DNA from: Octopus sinensis | Lineage: Eukaryota | DNA: 64,000 nt | NCBI RefSeq assembly: GCF_006345805.1 | Contig: NC_043000.1 | Coordinates: forward strand, 101,494,001 to 101,558,000 | Direction of reading: 5' to 3' | Part shown: in pieces, positions 1 through 13,634 of the stretch | Layout of the letters: the number at the start of each line of letters is the position of its first letter | How positions within the stretch are numbered: position 1 is the first letter of the stretch | Notes under the pieces: generated by a model | Told to the model about the DNA's origin: nothing | The model's input: only the letters and a program-made list of their open reading frames with translations | The model's database searches: none | Position numbers and translations under genes: made by a program

Positions 1-176
1 GAAAAGCCTGACTAGAGGCTCGACCTTCCAAGTATTTTTTTTTTATAGGGCTTAGTAAAAATGGACTGCTACAGTCAGTGTGTGAATCTGAGAGGGGAAT
101 ATGTCAAATAAAATCATAATTAACTGATCTTCCTGTATTTTCTATTACTCAAAGCCAGGAACTTTTCAGCACCCCA
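1..176 (+). mobile_element. Tc1/mariner 3' end remnant (transposase C-terminus and right TIR)
   Basis: Reads ...QCVNLRGEYVK* (about 76-111), matching the mariner C-terminal KCIxxxGxYVE* pattern. Followed by TIR-like aaagccaggaacttttcagcacccc. Confidence 0.65.
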
Positions 177-209
177 TTTGTACATACATACCTATTTACA
201 TACATACAT

Positions 210-530
210 ATAATCCCAGAAAAAAGACAGGAAGATCCTGTTTGGAATGCCTTGCCTCATCGATCTGCTCAATCAGGATTGACCATGGGTTAAACAATTA
301 TAACATCTTTATATATTGAGCAGCCGAATAGCAAAAATATTGATGCTGAATGAAATTCTTTACAACATTCAGTTACAACATTCTTTATATTTTGAGTTTT
401 GAAATTATTCTTGTGTTTTTGACATGGCCTTTCATTTTCTTCTAGTGTAGATGACATATATACCTTATATTGATTTAGTGAACTGACCCCTCTGCAACAA
501 ATTTGCAGAATTGATGCCAAAGTTAGGACT
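210..530 (-). mobile_element. Heavily decayed Penelope-like GIY-YIG/3' remnant
   Basis: Minus ORF fragment YKVYMSSTLEENERPCQKHKNNFK weakly resembles GIY-YIG 'YIG.T...F..R...H...F'. Downstream GATGAGGCAAGGCATTCC resembles the HHR core and stem II at 51434. Confidence 0.35.
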
Positions 531-883
531 AGATAGACACATATACACACATACATATTTATATATGTGTGTATTCATATATGTACATACGTGGAAGCAC
601 ACACATGTATATATATGTTTTCACACACACACACACACATTATCATCATCATTAATATCCATACATATCATATGTGTGTATGTATATATGTGAACATACA
701 CACACACATATATATATATGTGTAACTATCTATCTATTTATCTATCTATCTTTCTATCTATCTACCTATCTATCAGTCTTTTGTCTGTTTGTCTATTTAA
801 ACCCATTTAATATCCAAAAATACACATACATGCATGCATACATACCTACATATATGTAAGTGTATGTATATATGTGAATGCAC

Positions 884-917
<34 letters not shown>

Positions 918-2386
918 TTATCATCATCATCATCATTTAACAAACATATTCTTCAATGTGTAAAAACAAACATTTTGGGTGGCATATTTTAAATATTTAT
1001 TTAGATCCCAATTGCTTAAGAAATGATGGAACATGTGTACAATGGTTATTCAAATAAATTCTTTTAAATAGTATATTACTCAATGGATATTTTGCAATAT
1101 GAACTGATTAACTACTAAATAAATGAGTTTTTTTTTTCATAATTCTAATCATCTCCATATTGAGTTTCCATGTTATTGCTTATTGTTTGTGTCTTGAAAC
1201 ATTTTAATACATCTTCTTACCAGAATTTATACCATTTATAAACATGTATATATTATATTTCATTTCCCTCAATATATAAAATTCATATAGCTCTAGCTTT
1301 ATTTCTTTCTATATTTGTGCAAGACACTTTTGCCGCAAGGAAAAATGACATTATAGTATAGACCTAAGGGAAATAATTATTTGAGCAGTTCACGAGCATG
1401 CAAGATATTCTTTTTGATAGTAAACTTATAGTGAAAGACATAACTGCTGGGCAGAATTATAATTAAAACATATTGATGTACAGAAGAGCCTCTTATAGAA
1501 AAGCCAATGGCAACTATAGCAGGAGAGGTGACAGACGTCATTATAAATAGGTGAGGTTAACCTCTATATATGGTTGCTAGAAGTAGCAACCAAATCACTG
1601 TCAAATCATTTTCTGTTGATTTTAAAAAAGAGAGGACAGAGTGGATAATGTAGTCTGGGATGGTCATGGTTTGTGTGTGACCTTTGGTTGGATTGATGTA
1701 GGCTGATCTGGGACTAAACATCAACAACAACTGCCTACAGATTAGCTGCCTATTGAAACACTACTTAATGGTGTAGTTAATCTTGAATGTGTTACTATAT
1801 TGGCCACAGGCTGGGTTAGTTTATGATCTGGAAAGGTTGAATTAGGGGAAGGCTGCATCCTTTGCTGTGGGCCTGTTGAGGGCATGTGTTTTGGATGATG
1901 ATGAAATGATAGAACTACAATAAACTTGACCAGAAATTAGTTGGGGAGGGAAGGCAATCAAAGATTTTTTTAATTTTGGACTCTAGTACATAATAGAATA
2001 ATAATAATAATAATTATTCAAATTACTGCATTCAGGTTTATTGTGTCACATCACCATGATAAAATGAGTAAAATATTAATTTCGAATTTTAGCACAAAAC
2101 CAACAATTTCAGAGGAGAGGGTAAGTCCATACTTCGACCCCAGTTTTCAACAGGTGCTTAATTTATCATGCTCCAGAAAGGGATGAAAGGCAGAGTTAAC
2201 CCCAGTGGAATTTGAAATCAGAATGTAAAGATGGATGAAACACTGCTAAGCATGCTTCTGCCTGCTTGCTTCCTTAAGAATGAGAAAAGCATTAATTTTA
2301 TATCATGAGTTTTATCCAATAGCGCATATATTTATGCTCTCTCGCATACACATACAATCTCTCTCTCTCTCTAGCACTCACACACA

Positions 2387-2447
<61 letters not shown>

Positions 2448-3481
2448 ACACACACACACAGAGGCATGCTTTGTGTGTTTGTGCATAGGTTTGTTATGCA
2501 ATAGGTTGAGAATGCCTCATACATCCTTATAAGATTTTGAAGTGGCTCTGTATTATACTGTTTCTTTAATACATTATATCTTTAAAGGGAATTCCTCTGG
2601 AATGAAATACCATGACCTAAATGTATTTCACAACACACATACATGAAGTATGTGACATCAACAATGTTTAAATTTTAGATCTGTTTCTTTGCCAAAATTT
2701 TGTTTTACTTGTATGCTGTAGTTGCATGCTAGTAAATAAACTTTTACCCTATCTGTGTATACATCAGGCCAGCAATTTGAATTCATCTCCAGAGCAAATC
2801 AAGTATATGGCAGTGATAATCTGAAATAACAGTGAAATATTGATATCTGTCTCTGTCGTTCATCTCTAGAGTAATTTGTTTCACCTGCCTTTAAACAGAC
2901 TTTCCTTGGACAAAATACCACAGTCTAAAAGTGTTTGACAGCACACATACATTAGGTATGTGACATTGATAATGTTTACATTATAGAGCTGCCCTTAGTT
3001 CAAAATTTGAAGACATACACATACATGCATACATATACATATACATACACACATACATATGTACGTGGCAACAAATTTGCACAAAACCCTAGAAATACTC
3101 AGAAATACGCAGATTCTTCAAATCCAATCTATTAGTGGCATAGTGAAGATTTGTAAGACATACCAAAAATTTTCCATGTGAGATTTTTATGTGAATAAAT
3201 GCATACACGTGGGTGTATACATCGAGAGTTGAAACAACACATCAACTCAACCACATATTTACAAACAGTGGAAGCTCTTTTAACTCAAAAAGTCTTGTTC
3301 TTTCTTAACGACCGGCTTGAAATCTCTCAAGAAGAGCTTGAATTAAACTCAACGAAAAATCATATATACATATATACACACTGTCTCTCCTACACTGACA
3401 CATATGGAGAGTAGTACAAAATGCACATGCCTCCATGTACATGTATACATATGTACGTATGTGTAGGCATCCTATAATCCT

Positions 3482-3717
3482 TTATTTCTTTATTGCCCAC
3501 AAGGGGCTAAATATAGAGGGGACAAACAAGCACAGACAAAGGGATTAAGTCGATTACATCGACCCCAGTGCATAACTGGTACTTAATTTATCGACCCTGA
3601 AAGGATGAAAGGCAAAGTCAATCTCGGCAGAATTTGATCTCAGAACATAACGGCAGACAAAATACTGCTAAGCATTTCGCCCAGCGTGCTAATGTTTCTG
3701 CCAGTTCGCCACCTTCT
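3482..3717 (-). mobile_element. tRNA-derived SINE family A (Meta-domain-like), full length
   Basis: Reverse complement of the 62864 copy. Central gactttgcctttcatcctttc.gggtcgataaattaagtaccag. Flanking direct repeat tataatcct. Confidence 0.85.
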
Positions 3718-4267
3718 TATAATCCTGTCATGCATGCATATAAACAAAGACACAAACACACACACACATGCATGTACAAGTATGCATAAGTAACTCTATA
3801 TTGAGGTCCATACACTTGGATCTTGTTATTAACAAAGCAAATCAATTAATCAAAAACAAGAAAGAAAACAAACAAAAAAAATCAGAATATATTTACAATT
3901 AACTTTTGCATTATCTATTAATGAAAAGGTCAGTTATTATATCACTGATAATTAGAAGTCAAAGGTGTCACTTGCAAAACATCACAGCTGGATATTAAAT
4001 GATAAAGGTCTGTTATGTATGATTTCTGACACCTTATTTTCCTGTTCCTATGTTTATTATCTATTTACCCTTTGTAAAACTGAGAATCTCTTAACAACAG
4101 TATGCCTTGTGTCTCTGTCTTTGTGACAATGTGCTTGTTTTTTTTTTATTTTGTATAATGAAGTGGAGTCACCTTGTGTTTCACAAGTTTTGGTTGGTTT
4201 TGCAAACATCATGTCGAATGGTTCAGGGGCAAGGAAGTGTTTTGTATATTTAAATTTTAGTTCTGTG

Positions 4268-4369
4268 TTCAGTCCCACTGCATGGCACCTTGGGCTAGTG
4301 TCTTCTACTATAGCCTCGGGCCGATCAGAGCCTTGTGAGGGGATTTAGTAGATGGAAACTGAAAGAAGC

Positions 4370-4425
<56 letters not shown>

Positions 4426-4675
4426 TAAATACATATATATGTATGTATGTGTGTGTGTGTATATGTTTCTGTTTCTGTGTTTGTCCTCCCAACACCGCTT
4501 GACAACTGATGCTGGTGTGTTTATATCTCCATAACTTAGCAGTTCAGCCTAAGAGACTGCTAGAATAAGTGCTAGGCTTACAAAGAATAAGTCCTGGTGT
4601 CGATTTGTTTGACTAAAGGTGGTGTTCCAGCATGGCCGCAGTCAAATGACTGAAACAAGTAAAAGAATAAAAGAA
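4268..4675 (+). mobile_element. SINE family B (tRNA head, CORE-like, internal TA/TG microsatellite), 5'-truncated
   Basis: Same head and tail as the copies at 6797, 30721 and 60524. Ends gactgaaacaagtaaaagaataaaagaa. Confidence 0.85.
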
Positions 4676-4682
4676 TACAATG

Positions 4683-4839
4683 AGTTTCTTTCAGTTTCTG
4701 TCTACCAAATCCACTCACAAGGCTCTGGTTGGCCTGAGGCTATAGTAGGAGACACTTGCCCAAAGTGCCATGCAGTGAGAATAAACACAGGACCATGTGG
4801 TTGAGAAGCAGATTTCTTACTACACAACCATGCCTGCAC
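4683..4839 (-). mobile_element. SINE family B head, inverted relative to neighbour
   Basis: Reverse complement of ggcatggttgtgtagtaag...ggcactttgggcaagtgtc...gaaactgaaagaa. Confidence 0.8.
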
Positions 4840-5624
4840 CTAAGCTTGTCAAAATGTGTTAGGTGAGGAATTTTGATTCATCATAATGATTAAGTGTTAA
4901 GATTTGTAATTTACCTAGTGGTTATGAATTTGATCCTGCATTAAAAATAAATACTGCTAATGATACTTACTGCAGCAGAACCACATGTCCATAGTGCAGC
5001 TGTTCTCTTGTCTTCAGACAATCAGGCTATCTTTTCCTTAATGACAAGTCGGTTTTGGATAATTATTGATTCTTTAGAGAATATCCATTTCTCATTTAGA
5101 GCTGGTACCAATGCCTGTCAAACAAAGCATTTGGCCGACTCATTCTGGCAGCAGAGATAATTTCAACAAATCAAGAATTAATCTTATATGTTCACATTTA
5201 ACATACCCTTGTTCGTCACTGTTGATCACCCTGAGCTATTTCTCATGCTTCATTTTCTTGATATATGTGTCTGTCCATACACACACACACACACATTAAA
5301 TATGATACACGGATAGCTATTTTAATCTAATACTGCTTCTGTTGCATTTAATGGATTTTTATTCAGCCAGGTGGCTAATTACAGCACCAATAATTGTTCA
5401 ACCACTGTTTTCCACTTATGATGGATTTCATCTTAGCATGTGGTTGGCAGTTAGTACATACTACTGACAAAACCCAACAAGGCACAAATGCACATCTAGC
5501 ATTTTTCGCCCTTCCGTTATCAATATAATTTTTGTTGTTTAAGCATAGCAGTAAATTTGCCTTTTCACCATGTATTTACATGAAATATGATACACAGATT
5601 GCTACACAAACACACATTTATATA

Positions 5625-5676
<52 letters not shown>

Positions 5677-6796
5677 TATATGCACACACACATATATATA
5701 CCTATACATACTTTGCTCTTGTTCAAGTGCAATGAACAAGCAGTATCACAAGGAGAGTAACTAATATAATAATATCTCTGATGTGGATAGTGGAATGATA
5801 ATGTACTCATATGGATTTAATAAAAGGTTTGGTTTGAGTTTCTGGAACATTACTAATTGCAAAAGGGACTGAAGAAGACCAGACGATGTGATGGCTGAAA
5901 TATTTTGACTATAATAACCAAGATGGAAACATTAGTCCAAATGTTTCTCTGTGTATTAATAAATTCTTATTAGAACAAGTGATATCAGCTAGTCAACACT
6001 AATGTAATATTTATGACCAATATAGGAAGCTACAGATAATTTACTAAACACCTTGAAAATTTTGATGATGTTGCAAAGTAATTGAACCACCTAGGTAGTA
6101 TATTTATTACAAATATTGTCATAATGGTATTAAGCTCTTTTTAAGCCAGAAAATCAACAGTTACACATATGAGAAAAAACAAACAAAACAAACCTGCAAT
6201 GTTATCTACCAATATATTCCTAAGCTGTGTACTGAGTAGGCAGTTCTGCATTACAATAAAATTTCCAATCACATGGTTCCAGGTACCATCCCACTGTGTT
6301 GTACCATGAGCAAATGGTTTCTATATATTTTAAAAAAATTTTTTCTGCTTCTTCTTCTGTGTCCTTGTTGAAGTATGTCCATCTCTCCCTCCTCATCTTA
6401 CATTCTCTCTCTCTCTCTCTTTGCTCTCTTCATTTTATTTTTTTCAAATATCTTTCCTCAACAGTTCTCTAATTTTATTGTTTTCCTGAATCCACCCCTG
6501 TAATTCTATTTGCCAATTCATCTCATTAAATACCCACCTTCCAACCCATCTAGTTTCTATGACATACCCAACCATCTGTTTCCCACTAGTAACCCACCCA
6601 TCTTTTACCCATCTACCTATGTTTTTCCCACTATTTGCCCACACTTTTATTTCCTACAAGTTACCAACCATCTATTTCCTAGTACTTAGCTATTCATCTA
6701 TTTCCTACAAGCTACCTCTCCATCTGTATCCTGTTAGTTTTCTCCCCTTTGAACAAAACCATTTTCTGAATAGTTAAGAAGTTTATACTATTTCTA

Positions 6797-7190
6797 GGCT
6801 CAGGCGTGGTTGTGTGGTAAGGAGCTTGCTAACCAACCACATGGTTCTGGGTTCAGTCCCACTGTGTGATACCTTGGGCAAGTGTCTTCTACTATAGCCT
6901 CAGGCTGACCAAAACCTTGTGCGTGGATTTGGTAGACGGAAACTGAAAGAAGCCTGTTGTATGTATGTGTGTGGTGTATGTTTGTGTGTCTTGCTTGTCC
7001 TCCTACCATCGCTTGACAACCGATGCTGGTGTGTTTATGTCCTCGTAACTTAGTGGTTTGGCAAAAGATACCAATAGAATAAGTACTAGACTTACAAAGA
7101 ATAAGTCCTGAGGTTGATTTGCTTGACTAAAGGCAGTGCTCCAGCGTGGCCACAGTCAAATGACTGAAACAAGTAAAAGAATAAAAGAGT
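6797..7190 (+). mobile_element. SINE family B, full length
   Basis: A-box-like tggttgtgtggtaag and B-box-like gggttcagtccc, CORE-like accttgggcaagtgtcttct, conserved tail. Confidence 0.9.
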
Positions 7191-7334
7191 AAGTTTACTA
7201 AATAATCATGAGGTTGTGGGTTTGATTACATTGCATTTGGACATGACATTTTTAACCAAACTTTTGGGTTGCCCCAAGCCTTGTGAATGAAACTGGGTAG
7301 AGAGAAATAACGGGAGCCTTTTGGATGGATTGTA

Positions 7335-7846
7335 CCATAAATCCTCGAGTATAGTCCGCATTTTTTCCCCAAAATTTAAAGGTCAAAATTCCTAGTGCAT
7401 ACTATATACAAGGTTAAAAATGAAAAATATTTTCTAAGCAATGTCCAAGTCTCTTTTTGCTGTCCGGCAATGTTTATTCAGACGCATTTTGTGATGTCGG
7501 GTGCGAAAATACCTTACGCTAAGCCTGAAAGCAATGAAATCATAAAAGAATCATCCATAACCTGCAGTAAGCAACATTTATTAAATGTTATTACTGTTAT
7601 TTCTTTATTTTCTGCAAACAAAATGCACAAAAAAGCTACATGTTTGCAATATGTTATATATACAATAATAATAAGGGATGTTACCGTATACATTTTTATA
7701 AACCAAGGATGTTATATAGACCCCCTTGACTCATGTTAGAGAAGGGGTGTGTATTATACACAAGGTTTAGATTTTTCAGAGGTACAGCCCCCTAAAAATC
7801 CCCTGCGTATTATACTCAAGGGCAGACTATACTCGAAGATTTACGG
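7335..7846. mobile_element. Non-autonomous Tc1/mariner-pogo superfamily MITE
   Basis: About 25-bp TIRs ccataaatcctcgagtatagtccgc / gcagactatactcgaagatttacgg, flanked by TA on both sides. No transposase. Confidence 0.85.
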
Positions 7847-9588
7847 TACTTATAATTCAAATTGACTTGCCTTGTCACGCATTGTATCTTGCTGATTTGA
7901 CCAGCAAGTAACATTGAAGGTACACATGTCTGTGGAATACTCAACCATCTATCTGTTAATTTAATGAACCAGAACAACTGATGATTAAATAACATTATAT
8001 TCATTGTTGAAACCATTTTTGGATCCATCAGTCTATGAAGGGTGAAATGAATATGGAAATGAAAGATGGAGTGGGAGAGATGGACATTCAGAAACAAAAA
8101 GACAGAGAAAGAGAAGCAGGGTGTATGTAAAAGAGAGAGAGAGAAAGAGAGAGGGAAGGAGAGAGAGAGGAGAATAAAAGAAGTACAGAAAGAAAAATCA
8201 TCCTTCAGTTTCCTTCTGGTTATATACCCATTTATTTTTTACTATTTCTTACTAATTATCTCTCTCATCTATTTCTCCTTAGTCATCTACCATCCCATTT
8301 CTCACAAGTTATTTACCTATCTACTTCTTACAAGTTATTTACTTTGAAACTTAGCCACTCCTCACTAACCCATATATACACACACTATTAACTCACATCT
8401 ATTTATCAACATACCTAACTAAATAACTACTCAACATCCCAGCCACCCAACTATCCACCAACCAATCTATTTCACTATTCAATACTTTATTTAAATGCCA
8501 AAGTCATTGCTGATAATTTTCAAATTAAGAAAGTTGAAAAAAAAAAAGTTCTTTAAAGTGGAATTAGTTACCTGTGGTACAAAGAAGTGCAGCACCATGC
8601 TTTTAGTGTGTAAATTGCTAATCATGAATCATTACCAATATCTAGTTGTTACTAACTCTAGCTCTTTAGCATCGCCAAACTATTTTCTTCTTTCTTGTTT
8701 CTATGTATTTCTTAAGATCAAAAGAAACATTAGTGGAAACTCTAATAATGTTTCTCTTCATGTCCAGTTCCTTTTGATTCCAGACTCACTTTAGTATAAT
8801 TTTCAAAATTTCTTCGTAGTCTTCATATGACCTATTGCTTAAAGGTGGCCAAGTTTTAAACATAACCGGAATAAACTTAAGGGGGTCAGACATAACTGAT
8901 GTTGAAGAGATAGAGAGACGAAATAAATCTTTGAAAGAGTGGTTTCCTTTTAATCTCGGACATCTTTCCGAGGTGATCTGTTGATACTGCCCTCAATCCT
9001 GCCATAAATTTTCTCTCAAAGACTAAACGTATCCCCTTCCCTCCTCTCAAAACTAGATATATCTTCTTCCTTCCTAATATAGTACTACTCTTACCACTAC
9101 CACTACTGTTCTTGTATCGATTTAGTGTTATGCTTTCAAATCACACAGCTGTGATGAATTGAGTCAAAACATCAAATGTTTGTGTTTCATTTTGACATTT
9201 CATAATCAATGTGCTATCTCTTAGCGAACAGTTGTTATTGTTGTAGCCCCAGATCAACCCTAACTGAATAAACTTATGATCAAATGCCTTCCAGCCATGA
9301 CCATTTTGCCTCTTAAATTTTATAATTTTGTTTTTATATTTAGGAATATGTTATCCGATGTGTCTAATTCTATTTTTACAAAAGGGCGAGGTGGGATCTG
9401 AAGACATTAGGGTTTTTTTAAGAATTCCAAAGATTTCTTTCCTCTTCTCTTTTTTTTACATGATAGCAATGTGGGATTTGATCCTCCTCTACCTCATCAT
9501 CATCATCATCATCATCATACTAATCACATGTTTCATATAGTCACCTAGCAACATGTTCACTTAAGTCTAATATTTTGTAAGGATGTGT

Positions 9589-9648
<60 letters not shown>

Positions 9649-9708
9649 ATGCGTGTATGCATGCACACTTGCACAAATTATCTAGATATAAACATAGATA
9701 TATGTAAG

Positions 9709-9891
9709 AAATTAAATAAATAACAAAGGAACAAGAAATAATGTAATGAATTTTATTAGCTTACAGCTGTCTCCATTATAAGGTGATACACAAGCAGTCA
9801 GCTATGAGTGCATAGCATTTTGTAGCAGAAACAACAGTAAGCCAATGAAGTTCATTCATAATTTCTTGTTCCTTTCTCATTTATTTAATTT
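9709..9891 (+). repeat. Foldback element (about 63-bp arms) with degenerate HHR
   Basis: Left arm aaattaaataaa..aaaggaacaagaaat..agcttacagctgtctc pairs with the right arm. Inside: CTATGAG-TGC..GCA-GAAAC-aaca-GTA. Confidence 0.7.
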
Positions 9892-12360
9892 TTCATTATG
9901 CTCTGTACTCGCCTAATACTTTTTTTTTCTGAAATGTATATACATACATATTGAGTTCTAACACCTGTTATTAGTATTGCTATGTCTAAACGAAATATTA
10001 ATATATATTAAATATGTGGGTGTGTGTGTGTATTCATGTGCGTGTGTGTGTGTGTGTGTGTGTGAATGTGTATGTGTAAAATATGTTGCTGTTGTCATAA
10101 TTATATGGACACATACTCTCACAACCACATGTAATATTATAAATACAGTTTCATTTATGTATAAATCCATATATCATCAGTATTCATTAATATGTACTGA
10201 AATAGGCAAACCTACTGTTTCATGTAACTATAATTACATCCATATTTACACATACAGCATAAAAATGTGTGTGTGTGTATGTGTGTGTGTGTGTGTGTGC
10301 ATATTCATATTTAATGTGTGCATATATAAAATTTAAAAGTAAAAGTCGGATGTACATGAAGCTGTATGAAATATGCACTTATTTTCTCTTTTGTATATTC
10401 ACATACGCACAATAGTTTTCTATATACACTATGCTTACATACACAAAAAAACAATACAAGCACATGATATTTACATATATGCAGATATACATACTCTTTG
10501 CATATACACTCCTACATAACATACACATAACAAATCTACACACATAGAATCTACAGACATACATTCACACGCATCTCTTTCTCTCTCTCAATCTCTCTCT
10601 CACTCTTTCACACACACACACACACACACATACACACACACACACAAACAGATGCACGTACAGTATGGTATATTAACCATTTTGAAGCTTTATAATCCTC
10701 TCATTTATCTAATGATAAAAACTAATAAATAAAGCATAAATGTGTTTCCCCGAGATATGAATAAAAACTGAAGGTAAATTAAGGTCTAATTTGTTCAATA
10801 AATACTCAGTAATTATTGAATTTATCAAACGATCAACTGTTTTAGTGCCACACTTCTCCATTCAACCTTCAGCAACAGTGTCAAATGGATGATTAATTCT
10901 GTGTATAGTGCCAAGAAGAAACTATTTCTAACTGACTGTATACATTGATAACAGATGCTACTAATGTTCTCTTAAAGATAATACTTTCAATAGCTACAAT
11001 AATTATCTACAAACTCCTACTACTCTTACTACATGTTCACCAAATATTGAATATCATTAGTTCTCCACCAATATCCTATTGGCATTAATTCTGTGGGGGT
11101 TTTGTTTTTGTTTTGCTCCATTTCTTATTTGTATAATTTGTTTGGAGGTTGAAGAACAGTTTCCACACTCTTTCCCAGCTTTTCCTATTTGTTGGAGATA
11201 AGAGATGCTAACCCTTTAGCATTTAAACCAGCAGTGTCAGCTCTAAATAATCCATCTCTTGTATGTTTAAACTGGCCAGATCCAGCCTCTTACAACTACC
11301 CGACAATGTTATTCAAAGAATAAACAATCACATCATTGAAATCTCATAGCTACAAGATAATCATCCTGGCTGTGTGGTAAGTATAGGTGCAGGAGTGTTT
11401 GTGTGATAAGTAGCTTGCTCACCAACCACATGGTTCTGGGTTCAGTCCCACTGTGTGGCACCTTGGGCAAGCATCTTCTACTATAGCCTCGGGCTGACCA
11501 AAGCCTTGTGAGTTGATCTGGTAGACGGAAACTGAAAGAAGCCCGTCGTATATATGTGTATATATATATGACCTTTTGAAGGTCATTGATTGCATTAACC
11601 AGGAAGAAAGGTGTACATAAATGGGGATTAATGTTCCAAGATGTTGATTTTTTGAGCTGATAAAATAGAGGTGTCAAGATAAATAGTGGCAGGTTAGGTG
11701 AGTGGGCTGAGAAAAATTGATCCCATCCTTCCACCGATCTCAGAATTCCTCAAGGGGAATTGGACACCATTCTGCCTAGTCTGACTATACTATTCTTTTA
11801 TTCTTTTATTTATTTTAGTCATATGATGGCGGTCATGCTGGAGCACCACCTGTAGTCGAGCAAATCGACCCCCAGGACTTATTATTTACTTATTCTGTCT
11901 GTTTCTTTTCCCAAACCGCTAAGTTATGGGGTGTGGCATAAATACATGCATGTTTATATGTATGTATGTGTGTGCGTGTGTGTGGGTGTGGTTATATCTT
12001 CTTAGTTTATGCCTCAATGAAGTATGGAAGTATGGGTATTAAACCAATGATGATGTTGACGATAATGAAAGGGACTCTTTTTTTTATATTTATTTTTACT
12101 TTTGTCAATCCAGCTTGCTTGGAACAATGACAGTAAACCAAAGACACAATAACAATGAGACAACGATAACAATCTGTGTATCTGCAGAGTTTAGCAACTT
12201 CTTCATTATCTGCCCGACGTCTGAAAGCCAGAGATGTCTTTATTGACAACAAACCACATAACCAAGCAACCTGTAATGCAATATATATCAATTAATATTA
12301 GAGAAGGAACCATAAGAGCTGATATGAATATTAAATAGCTTAACTTGGTCACCTTGTCAA

Positions 12361-12485
12361 CTTCCACCACCACCACCACCACCACCACCATCACCATCAT
12401 CATCATCATCATCATCATCATCTTCTTCTTCTTCTTCTTCTTCTTCTTCTTCTTCTTCTTCTTCTTCTTCTTCTTCTTCTTCTTT
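12361..12485. repeat. Compound trinucleotide microsatellite (CAC)n(CAT)n(CTT)n
   Basis: Direct reading. Confidence 0.95.
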
Positions 12486-13354
12486 TCTTTTCTTCTTGGC
12501 AAAGGAGCCACTATGTGGGTGTTTGATTCGGTAAATTTTACATCATACCTAAGACTATACTGGATTACATAGTACTTGATACAAGGAAAGGCTGGATGGT
12601 CATTGCTGGAACCACTTCTTATTTCATATTTTTATTTTCCTAAAATTTTCGTTGTGTCTTGCAACCTTTTCCATAGTCTTGACTCTATCCATTATTTACA
12701 CTGCGTTCCGTTTTGTTTGTTTGTGCACATGCATGTGGCTCAGTGTGTGGGTGTGTGCCTATACATGCATGCATGTACATATGTATGTGTGTATGTATGT
12801 GTGTATGTATGTATGTATGTATGTATGTTGTATGTATGTATGTATGTTTGTATGTATGTATGTATGCATGTGTGTGTGTATGTATGTATGCATGTGTGTG
12901 TATGCATATATATATATGTATGTATGTGTGTGTATCTGTATGTATGTATTCTGCCTATTCATGTGCTTGCATGTCTGTGTGTGTGTGTGTAAGTGTGTGT
13001 GTGTGTTTTACAACTATGTACCATGTTTGTATGTATGGATGTACATCTCTATATGTGTGGACCCATGTCTCCATATGTGTCCTTGTGTGGAGTAAAGTGT
13101 GTGTGTATGTATGGTCTTGTGTTTCAGTCTCCATTTGTGTATGTGTGCTTGTCTGTTTATATAACCTACGTACCTATCCGTCTGTATGTTGATCTGTTTA
13201 TTTTCATAAATATAACGGACAGAGTCAAGACTATTGGAAAGGTTGCAAGGCGCAACGGAAATTTTAGGAAAATCAAAATAAGAAATAAGCGGAAATGTTT
13301 ACCGGTGAGTGCATTACATTATAAGGCACAAAAAGAAAATGACTCTTCTGAGAC

Positions 13355-13399
<45 letters not shown>

Positions 13400-13634
13400 C
13401 ACATACTGTATATATGTGCGTGTGTGTGAATATACATTATATATGTATATATTTGTAAATAGTAAGGGATTACTCCAAGCGTTTACCGGCTTGCTCTCAG
13501 TTAAGTATTCAAAATAGGTATTCAACAGTTAATACATAAATCCAATAATGTTCTTATATGATAAGAATTTAGAGATATATTCTGTTGGATACTTCTGAAT
13601 ATATTACAATAACTATATAGGTTTCCTGGGGTAT

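Noticed and set aside
1484-1550. Plus-strand exon candidate EPLIEKPMATIAGEVTDVIIN with GTGAGG donor
   Set aside because: The acceptor lacks a pyrimidine tract, and there is no recognisable homology or partner exon.
5866-5940. HHR-like CUGAAGA...GAAA
   Set aside because: Stem II is poor and there is no stem III or NUH. At most a decayed repeat end.
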